The notes beneath the pieces are model-generated. The model did not search any database. It was not told the origin of the DNA and saw only the letters and a list, made by a program, of their open reading frames with translations. The position numbers were made by a program, and so were the translations under genes. From contig JAPPGE010000022.1 of the NCBI GenBank assembly GCA_028821455.1, positions 26,201 through 90,200 of the forward strand: a DNA stretch of 64,000 nucleotides, read 5' to 3'. Of the stretch, positions 18,480 to 27,562 are shown piece by piece (within the stretch, counting starts at the first letter, position 1; every line of letters starts with the position of its first letter). Origin of the DNA: a bacterium (GTDB lineage: Bacteria > Pseudomonadota > Alphaproteobacteria > SP197).

Positions 18480-20467
18480 AGGCGCTGCGCTTTCGGGTTC
18501 GCAACTATCGCAACATCGAGGACAGCGGCTGGGTGCCACTCGATCCGGTCACGGTCCTCGTCGGACGCAACGAGTCGGGAAAGACGTCCCTTCTGAAGGC
18601 ACTCAACAAGTTCAATCCGGGCACGGCGGAAACCTATGACGCCCAGCGCGAGTTTCCGCGTGACCGCTACACGCGCGACTACGTCCTTGCCGATTCCACG
18701 GGTGCGGAGTGGCCTGTCTGTTCCATCGAGTTCGAGATTCCGGAACAGCAGAAGAGCGATATCGCGACCCTGCTGGGCCCGGACCGGGCCGTACCCGAGA
18801 CGGTCATCGTCACGCGCCACTACGATGGCTCTCTCGGTTTTTCCTACATGCCGCAGATCGGAGCCAGACCGGCTCGGCCTGACCCTCTCATGGAGACCCT
18901 CGAGGATCTCGCGCTTTCGGACGACTCGTCGCGCCTGGCTGCATGGTCCAGCGCGTGGCACGACCGGTTCGCCGGACTTGATGACGTCACAAGCGCCACC
19001 GGCCGTGCCATGCTCTCAGAGATCGACGGCGAGATTTCCGGGCTCGATGATGAACGCCTCGGGGCTCTTGGCGCGATCGTCACCACGATGCTGCGGATGC
19101 CTTTCGGGAGCAGGGTGATCGATCATGTCAACGCCCTGGTGGAGCGCGAACTGCCGCGCCTCGTCTACTTCGAGAACTACGGCGTGCTCGACAGCGCCAT
19201 CTGGCTGCCGGAGATGTTGCGGGGCCTTGAACGCGAGGAACCGGAGCCGCGTTTTCGAACCGCGCTGGCGCTCTTTCGTCATGCGGGTCTTGATCCGCGG
19301 GACATCGCGGAACTCGCCGCCCCGGGCAGCAGGGCATCGGGCGAGGACATGCAACGCCAGATGGAGGAGCGGGCCATCCGGCTCAATGCCGCGTCGGTCG
19401 ACATCAGCCGTCGCTGTAGCGAGTTGTGGTCGCAGCGGCGCCATCGCATCCGCTATCACGTCGACGGAGACTATTTCCGCATCAGGGTTGCCGACGATTC
19501 GCTGGAGGATGTGGAGATCGAGCTGGAATCCCGCGGCAAGGGTTTCCAGTGGTTCCTCTCGTTCTTCCTCGTCTTTGCTGCGGAGTCCGAGGGCGGAATG
19601 GGCGATGCCATCGTTCTGCTGGACGAACCCGGTCTCAGCCTTCACCCGACGGCGCAACGCGAACTGCTCGTGTTCTTCGAGCATCTGTCGGAACAGAACC
19701 AGGTCATCTACACGACTCATTCACCCTTCCTTATCGACGGCGATCACCTCGACCGGGTGCGTCCGGTGTTCGAGGACGACACGGGCCATGCCCGCATCCT
19801 CAAGGGTTCGTGGCCCGCCCATCCGGAAACGGTGTTCGCACTCAAGGCGGCTGCCGGATATGCGATGTTCGATTCCCTTGCAGGACAGGATCGATCGCTG
19901 CTTGTCGAACAGGTCAGCGATGCTTGCTACCTGGAGGCGCTGTCGCGGCACTGTGGCCGGACCGGGAGGAGCGCGCTGGGCAATTCCGTCGACGTGGTGC
20001 CCTGCGGTGGCGCGGCCGTGTGCGGCTACCTGGCGTCACTTCTCATGGCCGAGAACCGTCGACCTCGTATCCTCTTTGACGGCACCGACGCTGCACGTCT
20101 TCGCCGGCACGGACTGGTGAGGGATCTTCTTGACGAGGGAGACAGCTCGATTGTTCTCCTCGACGAAGCCCTCGGCTGGTCCGGACATGATGTGTGCCTC
20201 GAGGACCTGTTTGGAGAGAGCATCATCCTCGAAGGCCTCGGGAATGCGACAGGGATCAGCCTGTCGCTTGCCGATGATGGACATCAGGCCGGTCTCGTCG
20301 GTCGGATCGAGAGCGCAGCGGCGGCGGCGAACATTGCGCTACCCCGCTCCTGGCGGCTGTCGACGGCCCTGGCGGTGACGTTGTCAGAGGCGTCCCTGCC
20401 GGATGACGTCCTCGATTCGGCCTCGCTTCTCTTCACCAAGCTTGCCGGTGACGGCCAGGGACGGTGA
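18476..20467 (+). CDS. OLD-family (overcoming lysogenization defect) ATPase-nuclease: N-terminal AAA_15/AAA_21 ABC-type ATPase plus C-terminal Toprim domain, 663 aa
   Basis: MKALRFRVRNYRNIEDSGWVPL, then Walker A VLVGRNESGKTSLL. IVLLDEPGLSLHPTAQRELL is the DEP/Walker B motif typical of OLD/YbjD. At the C-terminus, LVEQVSDACYLEAL (Toprim Glu), VVPCGG, and ILFDGTDAARL (DxD) fit Toprim_OLD. ATGA overlap with the upstream gene. Confidence 0.8.
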   Translation: MKALRFRVRNYRNIEDSGWVPLDPVTVLVGRNESGKTSLLKALNKFNPGTAETYDAQREFPRDRYTRDYVLADSTGAEWPVCSIEFEIPEQQKSDIATLLGPDRAVPETVIVTRHYDGSLGFSYMPQIGARPARPDPLMETLEDLALSDDSSRLAAWSSAWHDRFAGLDDVTSATGRAMLSEIDGEISGLDDERLGALGAIVTTMLRMPFGSRVIDHVNALVERELPRLVYFENYGVLDSAIWLPEMLRGLEREEPEPRFRTALALFRHAGLDPRDIAELAAPGSRASGEDMQRQMEERAIRLNAASVDISRRCSELWSQRRHRIRYHVDGDYFRIRVADDSLEDVEIELESRGKGFQWFLSFFLVFAAESEGGMGDAIVLLDEPGLSLHPTAQRELLVFFEHLSEQNQVIYTTHSPFLIDGDHLDRVRPVFEDDTGHARILKGSWPAHPETVFALKAAAGYAMFDSLAGQDRSLLVEQVSDACYLEALSRHCGRTGRSALGNSVDVVPCGGAAVCGYLASLLMAENRRPRILFDGTDAARLRRHGLVRDLLDEGDSSIVLLDEALGWSGHDVCLEDLFGESIILEGLGNATGISLSLADDGHQAGLVGRIESAAAAANIALPRSWRLSTALAVTLSEASLPDDVLDSASLLFTKLAGDGQGR

Positions 20468-21141
20468 ACGGCAGATTCGCCGTCTACTACACGCCTGCAA
20501 CCACGTCGGAACTGGCGCGATTCGCTACGGACTGGCTGGGCGGCAAGGCAGGAGCCGCCGCCGGCATTCCGGAAGACCTTCACCGCGACATCGTCCGCAT
20601 TCCCGCAGCGTACGGGTTCCATGCCACGCTGAAGGCCCCGTTTGCCCTCGCCCCGGAGGCCACCGGGGATGAACTCGCTACAGCTACCGCCGCCCTCGCC
20701 GCGGACTTTGCCGCCTTCAGGGCTCCGCCGCTGGATCTCGCCAATGTCGACGGGTTCCTTGCGCTCGTGCTTCGTGATCCATGTCCGGCAATGAACGACC
20801 TGGCCGCGGCCTGCGTGACGGAACTCGACCACTTCCGCGCGCCGTTGACCGACAGGGAAAGGGAACGCCGTGTCGCGCAAGGCCTGTCGGCGCGCCAGGA
20901 AGCGTTGCTCGACCGCTGGGGCTATCCGTTCGTCCTCGACGAATTCCTCTTTCACATGTCGCTGACCCGGCGTCTCGACGATGGTCTGCGCGATCGTATC
21001 GCCGGCTTCCTGGAACGCAGTATGGGCAATCTCATCGGGCGGCAGTGGTGCCTTGATTCCATCTCCCTCTTCCACCAGGCAACACGCGAAGAACCCTTCA
21101 CCATGAGGGCGCGCTTTCCACTCGGACATCTCGAAGGGTGA
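20464..21141 (+). CDS. 2H phosphoesterase superfamily protein (LigT / cyclic-phosphodiesterase-like, DUF1045-like), 225 aa
   Basis: Two H-x-[TS]-x motifs about 100 aa apart, GFHATLKAPF and FLFHMSLTRRL, are the 2H-family signature. The GTG start overlaps the OLD stop (GTGA). Confidence 0.75.
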   Translation: MNGRFAVYYTPATTSELARFATDWLGGKAGAAAGIPEDLHRDIVRIPAAYGFHATLKAPFALAPEATGDELATATAALAADFAAFRAPPLDLANVDGFLALVLRDPCPAMNDLAAACVTELDHFRAPLTDRERERRVAQGLSARQEALLDRWGYPFVLDEFLFHMSLTRRLDDGLRDRIAGFLERSMGNLIGRQWCLDSISLFHQATREEPFTMRARFPLGHLEG

Positions 21142-21170
21142 CGGATCCTCGACGTCCGGTCGCTCAGGGT

Positions 21171-21641
21171 TCAGCCTTCGATGAGCTTGCGGTAGCGGGT
21201 GAGCCACTGGGCGGCCAGTTCCGCCTCATCGGCGCCCAGGTCATAGGCTGGCGACACCACCATCTCTGCCGCGGTGATGGTGATGTCGAAGATTCCGCGC
21301 ATGCGGGGCTGCAGGTCCGGCCATTCGGTGAAGCGGGGCAGGAGGGCATCGAACTCCGGCGCACCACGTGCATGGTAAGAACCTCGGCCGCACACGCGCA
21401 CCGCCTTACGCCGGAACACATCGACAAAAGCGAGTTCGCAAGCCGGGTTGGCGGCGAGGTTGCGCTTCGTCCCCGGGGAGCGTAGGTCCGAAAAGACAAG
21501 CCGTACCGGGTCGAGCACGACGACGGTTCCCTTAGGTGAGACCGCGGGGGCGCCCTCCGGCGTCACCGTCGCCACCAGCGCCAACGTGTTTTCGCGGATG
21601 AGCATCGTCATTTCGGGCGTAAGCAAGGGGACAGTCTCCAT
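21171..21641 (-). CDS. Pyridoxamine 5'-phosphate oxidase-family FMN-binding protein
   Basis: METVPLLTPEMTMLIRENTLALVATVTPEGAPAVSPKG... is the PNPOx-like split barrel. cat at 21639-21641. Confidence 0.7.
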   Translation of the reverse strand: METVPLLTPEMTMLIRENTLALVATVTPEGAPAVSPKGTVVVLDPVRLVFSDLRSPGTKRNLAANPACELAFVDVFRRKAVRVCGRGSYHARGAPEFDALLPRFTEWPDLQPRMRGIFDITITAAEMVVSPAYDLGADEAELAAQWLTRYRKLIEG

Positions 21642-22100
21642 CGGGGCGTGGCGGGTCGGTTTCGGACCCGGACGGCAACCGATGTAGGCCCATGGTGCCC
21701 TGAGCGCAAGAACCGGCACGACCCTTGGGTGCACGGCCGCCAGATGTACAAGGAGCGCAACCAGATCGAGGTAAGCGGTGGAGTGGATTGCGCCAGGCGA
21801 AGCTCTGGAGAGGAGGAAGCGATGAGCCAGAGACCCTTCATCGCAGGCCAGCGGGTTCGACTCCCGCCCGGTAAAGGCGCAGTCCGCCGGCCGGGACCGA
21901 GTGTTGCGTGGCGCGTGGTAACGCGCGTCGCGAAGCGTACACAGGGGGTGGCAAAGCGACGAACATTGAGCCTCGAAACATCCAATGCTGGTGCCTTCAT
22001 CGTTCCATTAGTGGGGGCAGCACCGGAAGCGCCGCCAAGGCGAGGCGCGACGGACCGTCTCGGGGCGGATTTTGTCGATCAGATGATCCTTTGAGACGGT

Positions 22101-22129
22101 TTGCATTGACACCGAGAAAAGTCTATAAG
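22101..22129 (+). promoter_or_regulatory. Sigma70-like promoter candidate for the glutamate-synthase-like cluster
   Basis: TTGCAT, a 17-nt spacer, then TATAAG, in an AT-richer patch about 45 nt upstream of the ATG at 22172. Confidence 0.35.
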
Positions 22130-22171
22130 CATCAATAGCAGGAAACTTCGTTTCATCAGAGGAAACAGGCC

Positions 22172-23083
22172 ATGTGCGGAATTGCCGGTATCCTGTTGAA
22201 GAATGGGGACAGTGGCATCGATACCGGGACGGCGCTGATCGACATGCTCGACGGCTGTCAGCACCGGGGTCCGGACTCCACTGGGTTCGCCCTTTATGAG
22301 AGCGGCGAGGAAGGACAGCTGAAGCTGCGGTTCCATGTCGGCTCCGACAACGAGGCGGGCGACGCCGTTGCGGCCCTCAAGGCGGTCTTCGACGAACATG
22401 GCGCCGAGGTCATCGAGGAAGAGCGCATCGCCGGCAGCTATCGCGTCGTGGTGCGTTTCAGCGGCGACTTGCAGAAGTTCTCGTACGCCGTGGAACACGC
22501 CGCCAAGGTGGTGTCGATCGGCGAGAGCCTGGAGATCGTGAAGGACGTGGGCGGCGCCCATGATGTCGATGACACCTATGACGTCCATCTGTTCAGGGGC
22601 TCGCATGGCCTGGGACATGTGCGCCTTGCCACCGAATCGGATGTCAAGCCGGAGGCCTCGCACCCCTTCTGGGCGACCGGGTTTGCCGATGTCGCGATTG
22701 TCCACAACGGACAGATCACGAACTACTGGAAGATGCGCCGTCGTCTCGAGCGCCGCGGGTTCGCATTCGCGACCGACAACGACAGCGAACTCATTGCCGT
22801 CTATCTCGCCGACAAGATGAACCAGGGGATTCCCCTGAAGGACTCCCTGGCCTCGTCCATTGACGACATGGACGGGACATTCTCCTTCCTCGTCTCGACC
22901 CGCGACGAGATCGGCTACGCGAAGGACCGGCTTGCTGCCAAGCCGATGATCATGTTCGAGAACGACGACCTCATTGCCATTGCCTCTGAAGAGGTCTCGC
23001 TCAATCGCCTGTTCCCGGGCCGCGCGCTCGATACCCGTGAACCGCCTCCGGGAAGCTATAGAACATGGTCACGGTCGATCTGA
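22172..23083 (+). CDS. Class II (Ntn) glutamine amidotransferase subunit of a glutamate-synthase-like enzyme (GltB N-terminal domain homolog; GlxB/MgsA-like)
   Basis: MCGIAGILLKNG... The N-terminal nucleophile Cys after Met is the Ntn GATase_2 hallmark. Confidence 0.85.
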   Translation: MCGIAGILLKNGDSGIDTGTALIDMLDGCQHRGPDSTGFALYESGEEGQLKLRFHVGSDNEAGDAVAALKAVFDEHGAEVIEEERIAGSYRVVVRFSGDLQKFSYAVEHAAKVVSIGESLEIVKDVGGAHDVDDTYDVHLFRGSHGLGHVRLATESDVKPEASHPFWATGFADVAIVHNGQITNYWKMRRRLERRGFAFATDNDSELIAVYLADKMNQGIPLKDSLASSIDDMDGTFSFLVSTRDEIGYAKDRLAAKPMIMFENDDLIAIASEEVSLNRLFPGRALDTREPPPGSYRTWSRSI

Positions 23084-25038
23084 AGGATCTGTCGACCCGC
23101 GAAGCCAACGAGAGCATTCGCGAGGCGGCAGCACGGGGCGAGACCATCGAGGTTCTCAATCCCGACGCTCGCCACCACATCGGTGTCGGCGTCATCCACC
23201 CGGTTGACATCCATGTCCGCGGATCCGCCGGATACTTCTGCGCCGGACTGACCGACACTCCGCGCTTTCACATCGAACGCAACGCCGGCTGGGGGCTGGC
23301 AGACAACATGTACCGGGGATCCGTCGTCGTTGGCGGCAACGCCGGCGCCATAGCCGGGGTGGCGATCCGCGGCGCAGAGGTCGTGATCCGCGGCAACATG
23401 GGGTCACGGGCCGGACAGGTCATGAAGAAGGGGACGCTGCTGTGCTGCGGGAACGCCAACTTCATGGCCGGCTACATGATGTATGGCGGACGCATGATCA
23501 TTCTCGGCGAGTCAGGCGAGCGTCTCGGCGAGGACATGACGGGAGGCGAGATCTTCCTTGGCGGTGACCTGGTGTCACTGGGGTCCGATGCCATGGAGAC
23601 CGATATCGCGGAAGACGAGATCGATGACATCCGGGCCTTTCTCGACCGCTATGAGATTCCCTTCCGGGGCAGCCTCCGCAAGATCGTGAATGCCGGAAAG
23701 AAACTGCGCTACGGCACCCCGGAGCGACAGGTGCGCTCGATTCCCTACTTCAACTTTTCCGGCGACAGCGGCTACTGGAATCACAAGGTCCAGGAAGACG
23801 TCTACATCAAGTCCCAGATCGGCCGCTACCGGGTGAGGGGATACGGCGGCGCCCGCGAGTTGCCACACCTTTCCGACCTTGCCTTTGCCAGGGACATCAT
23901 TCCAGGTGCCCTCGGCGACGATCCGGTCTCGAGGGTCCGGATGCACACGCTGATCGGCGGCAAGAACGGCGCCAAACCCCTTGACCTGACGATGCCTGTC
24001 CTCATTGCTCCGATGAGCTATGGCGCTCTTTCCCGCTCCGCCAAGCAGGCGGTCGCCATCGCCTCGGGCATGGCGGGAATCGCCGAGAACACCGGGGAAG
24101 GCGGCATGAGCGACGCCCAGCGCGATGCGGCAGGTCAGCTCATATTCCAGATGCTTGGTGGCCGTCTGGGCTGGAACATCCACGACATGAACCGGGCGGA
24201 CGGCCTGGAGATCTACATTTCCCAGGGCGCAAAGCCGGGGTTCGGCGGTCAGCTCATGGCCAAGAAGGTGACGAAGGAACTGGCCGAGATCCGCGGCATC
24301 CCGGCCGGCATCGACCTTCGTTCGCCATCACGCCATCCCGACATCCTCGGCGCCGACGATCTCGTCATCAAGGTCGAGGAGTTGCGCGAGGCGACGGGCT
24401 ACCGTGTGCCGGTCAGCGTCAAGCTCGGGGCGGGTCGGATTCACGACGACATCAAGATTGCCGTCAAGGACGGCTTCGACTTCGTCGAGCTCGACGGCAT
24501 GCAGGGTTCGACCGGCGCCGGTGGCGCCGAGGTGATGGAGTATGTCGGCATCCCGACCATCTCTGCCATCTGCGAGGCGGAACGCGCCCTTGCGTCCATC
24601 GGCCGGCGCCAGGACATCGAGATTGTCCTCATGGGCGGGCTGAGAGACGGGGTCGATGCCGTCAAGGCTTTGTGCCTGGGGGCCGACGCCGTGGCGCTGG
24701 GGACCGCCGCCATCATTGCCGGGGGCTGCATCGCCTGCATGCAGTGTCATGTCGGCCAGTGCGTGACCGGTATTGCCACCCAGGATCCGGAGCACGAGAA
24801 GCGCTACAAGCCCGAGATCGAGGCGCAGCACATCTACACTTTCCTGGAAAGCGTGCGCTGGCAGATAGCGGCCGTCACACGGGGACTGGGATACGATGAC
24901 GTACGCGGCCCCTGCCGCGACGATCTTGTGGCTCTCACGCCCGAGGCGGCGGAGATCACCGGCCTTCCCCTCTGTCCCGAACGCCGGGATTCGGGGCTTC
25001 CCGAAATCAATGCGGCAATGGAACGGGCTCTTCGATGA
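23065..25038 (+). CDS. Fused GXGXG domain + FMN-binding glutamate synthase domain (GlxC-GlxD / MgsB-MgsC-like), 657 aa
   Basis: The N-terminus has GXGXG repeats (VVVGGNAGAIAGVAI..VIRGNMGSRAG). The C-terminus has the FMN-domain motifs AENTGEGGMSD and GIATQDPEHEKR, and CIACMQC for the 3Fe-4S cluster region. Confidence 0.85.
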   Translation: MVTVDLKDLSTREANESIREAAARGETIEVLNPDARHHIGVGVIHPVDIHVRGSAGYFCAGLTDTPRFHIERNAGWGLADNMYRGSVVVGGNAGAIAGVAIRGAEVVIRGNMGSRAGQVMKKGTLLCCGNANFMAGYMMYGGRMIILGESGERLGEDMTGGEIFLGGDLVSLGSDAMETDIAEDEIDDIRAFLDRYEIPFRGSLRKIVNAGKKLRYGTPERQVRSIPYFNFSGDSGYWNHKVQEDVYIKSQIGRYRVRGYGGARELPHLSDLAFARDIIPGALGDDPVSRVRMHTLIGGKNGAKPLDLTMPVLIAPMSYGALSRSAKQAVAIASGMAGIAENTGEGGMSDAQRDAAGQLIFQMLGGRLGWNIHDMNRADGLEIYISQGAKPGFGGQLMAKKVTKELAEIRGIPAGIDLRSPSRHPDILGADDLVIKVEELREATGYRVPVSVKLGAGRIHDDIKIAVKDGFDFVELDGMQGSTGAGGAEVMEYVGIPTISAICEAERALASIGRRQDIEIVLMGGLRDGVDAVKALCLGADAVALGTAAIIAGGCIACMQCHVGQCVTGIATQDPEHEKRYKPEIEAQHIYTFLESVRWQIAAVTRGLGYDDVRGPCRDDLVALTPEAAEITGLPLCPERRDSGLPEINAAMERALR

Positions 25039-27551
25039 CGGATGCCAATCTTCTGCCGGAGCAACTCGCGGACGACACCGCGGACCGGCATTTCGTGCCC
25101 GCTCCCTGCCAGATCGCCTGCCCGGTCGGCACGGACGCGCCATCCTACATCGCCCACATCTGGGAAGGCAGGTTCGCCGAGGCCTTCGAGGCCATCACGG
25201 CGACCAACCCGTTCAGTTCGATCTGCGGGCGCGTCTGCGACGCACCCTGCGAGCCGGCATGTCGGCGTACGGCAAGCGACGGCCCCGTGCAGATCCGCAA
25301 TCTCAAGCGCTTTGTCATGGACAAGCTCGGAGCCGAGTGGGTGCCGCCGGCGGCGCACGTCACCCGTGACGAGAGTATCGGCATCGTCGGGGCCGGGCCG
25401 GCCGGACTGGTGGCGGCCCACGACCTTGCCGTCGCCGGATTCAGGGTCGATGTCTATGAGATGACCGACCGTCCCGGCGGCATGATGATCTGGGGCATTC
25501 CGGCGTTTCGCCTGCCTGCCGGCACCCTGAACGAGGACATGGAGAGGCTGGAGGCCCGCTGTCCCGGACTCACCATCCACACGAATGTTGCGCTGGGCCG
25601 GGACATCACGCTCGCCGACCTCAAGGAACGCCACGATGCGGTGGGGCTCACCATCGGTTCCTGGTGGGGCAAGACCATGGGGATCTCCGGCGAGGCCGAC
25701 GACCGCGTGATCGACGGCGTCGAGTTCCTGCGCCGGGTCAACGCCGGAGAACGCCCGGAAATGCCGGCGAAAGTCGTCGTCGTTGGCGGCGGCGATGTCG
25801 CCATGGATGCCTGCCGAGCCGCCCTGCGCCTTCCGGGATGCGAGGAGGTCACGGTCATCTACCGGCGCGGCCCGGAGGATATCCCGGCGCGAAAGATCGA
25901 ACTCGAGGGCGCCATCGAGGAAGGTATCGAGTTCATCTACAACACGCAGCAGGTCGGGGTCCTTGCCGACAACGAGGATCGCTTGAGACTGCGCTGTGTG
26001 CGCACCACGGCCGGCGAACCTGATGCAGATGGCCGTCGTCGGCCCGTCACGGTCGAGGGATCCGAGCACGACATCATGTGTGGCATGGTCATTGCCGCGG
26101 TCGGTCAGTACGGCGCCTGCGACGATCCCGCCACCCGGGACCTCATGTCCGGCGATCGCGTGCGGACCGACTGGGAGACCATGCGGACCGATGATCCGCA
26201 GGTCTTTGCCGCCGGTGACGGAGCCTTCGGGGGCTCCACCATCGTCATGGCCATGAGCCATGGCCAGCGGCTGGCCTACTACATCAAGGCGTGGCTCGAT
26301 GGCATCGACGATCCCGTTCCCTATCGTACGCCGTGGCGGACACGGCGTGTGCCGGTGGCCCAGGATCTCAAGTGGGAACTCCTGGGCCTGCACCATCCGC
26401 CGTTCCACGGCGTCGGCGACAATCCGGTCGCATTCCCGGAAATCGAGTCGACCTACACCTGGGAGGAGGCGCGCAACGAGGCGGCGCGATGCTATCGCTG
26501 CGACGCCGAGACCGGCTCGGCCGATTACTCTGTCGCCAACCGGGAGGACATCTTCCTGATGGCGCGGATGAAGCGCGAGGACACGTCGCGCCAGGCCGCC
26601 ATGCTGACCAAGCGCCTGCGGTCGCGCGACAACCCGTTTCCTCAAGATCGGCCGGCCACCGTCGACGATCTGGTGTTCCTGCCGGCCAATCTGTCGAGAC
26701 TGGTGATCGACCCCTATCGCGAGGCCTGCAAGGTAGCGACGGACCTGGGATCCGGACGCATGGAGGTGGCGCAGCCTTTCTTCGTGACCGGCTTTGACAA
26801 CGCACCGGCGGAAGTGAAGCGAGGGGTCGGACAGGGAATATCGCAAGCGGCGGCAGGCTACATCGGCATGCAGCCGATTGCCGACGATGTGGCGTGGTTG
26901 CAGCTGGTGGTGGAGGGGCAGATTGCGTCGCGGGAGGACGCCGCGGGTCTCATTCATGTCATCGGTCCCCGCTTCGAAGCGCCAACGAGGATCCGGCGGC
27001 TTCGCGAGGACCAGATCCTCGGCCTTGCCGTCTCCCACGGGAGCGCTCTCGAGGATGCCATCGGGTTTGCCCTTGATCAGGACCTCGACGTCCTGCTGGT
27101 CAACGGCAACATTGCCACCGGGCGCGACTGGCCGGAACTCACCGGCGCCCCTGACCTCACGCTCATGCGCGACACCATTGCCTGCCTGCGTCGGCTCAAC
27201 ATGGAAGAGGAGATCGACATCCTCTGGTTCGGCGGTCTGCGTTCCGGCACGGATGCCGCCAAGCTCATCGCCATGGGCGCGAAGTCGCTGGTCATGGGCA
27301 TGACCGTGGCCCTGGCGGCCGGGGCCGAGTTTGACGAGTCCCATCGGCTTCGGTTTGCCCCCGATTTTACGGCCGATGAGTGCTCCCGGGCGGTTGCCAA
27401 CATCCTGAAATCCGCGGTGGGCGAGGCGTCGATGATGGCCCGTTGCACCGGCAAGACCAATCTCCACAACTTGGAACCCGAGGACCTGCGCGCCCTCACG
27501 CTCGCCACGGCAGAGGCCACCGGACTGGTTCTCGCCGGACACACGTACTGA
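25035..27551 (+). CDS. GltD-like NAD(P)H-dependent flavoprotein (4Fe-4S + FAD/NAD binding) fused to a C-terminal TIM-barrel-like domain, 838 aa
   Basis: CPVGTDAPSYI...ICGRVCDAPCEPAC are the Fe-S cysteines. IGIVGAGPAGLVAAHDLA and VVVVGGGDVAMD are the two Rossmann motifs of GltD/DPD-PreT. The C-terminal roughly 350 aa parallel the GltB central/FMN barrel. ATGA overlap with the upstream gene. Confidence 0.85.
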   Translation: MTDANLLPEQLADDTADRHFVPAPCQIACPVGTDAPSYIAHIWEGRFAEAFEAITATNPFSSICGRVCDAPCEPACRRTASDGPVQIRNLKRFVMDKLGAEWVPPAAHVTRDESIGIVGAGPAGLVAAHDLAVAGFRVDVYEMTDRPGGMMIWGIPAFRLPAGTLNEDMERLEARCPGLTIHTNVALGRDITLADLKERHDAVGLTIGSWWGKTMGISGEADDRVIDGVEFLRRVNAGERPEMPAKVVVVGGGDVAMDACRAALRLPGCEEVTVIYRRGPEDIPARKIELEGAIEEGIEFIYNTQQVGVLADNEDRLRLRCVRTTAGEPDADGRRRPVTVEGSEHDIMCGMVIAAVGQYGACDDPATRDLMSGDRVRTDWETMRTDDPQVFAAGDGAFGGSTIVMAMSHGQRLAYYIKAWLDGIDDPVPYRTPWRTRRVPVAQDLKWELLGLHHPPFHGVGDNPVAFPEIESTYTWEEARNEAARCYRCDAETGSADYSVANREDIFLMARMKREDTSRQAAMLTKRLRSRDNPFPQDRPATVDDLVFLPANLSRLVIDPYREACKVATDLGSGRMEVAQPFFVTGFDNAPAEVKRGVGQGISQAAAGYIGMQPIADDVAWLQLVVEGQIASREDAAGLIHVIGPRFEAPTRIRRLREDQILGLAVSHGSALEDAIGFALDQDLDVLLVNGNIATGRDWPELTGAPDLTLMRDTIACLRRLNMEEEIDILWFGGLRSGTDAAKLIAMGAKSLVMGMTVALAAGAEFDESHRLRFAPDFTADECSRAVANILKSAVGEASMMARCTGKTNLHNLEPEDLRALTLATAEATGLVLAGHTY

Positions 27552-27562
27552 AGCGACCGTAT

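Noticed and set aside
20464-21141. 2H phosphoesterase as part of a phosphonate (phn) utilisation cluster
   Set aside because: DUF1045-type 2H proteins are often phn-linked, but no phn genes are present here. Its start overlaps the OLD nuclease stop, so the association with the nuclease is the relevant one.
21980-22060. Glutamine (glnA-type) riboswitch upstream of the amidotransferase gene
   Set aside because: Only scattered matches to the consensus, and the element lies upstream of the best promoter candidate. Not callable without a covariance model.
24834-27542. 902-aa minus-strand ORF
   Set aside because: Antisense shadow of the glutamate-synthase-like genes. No domain signatures.
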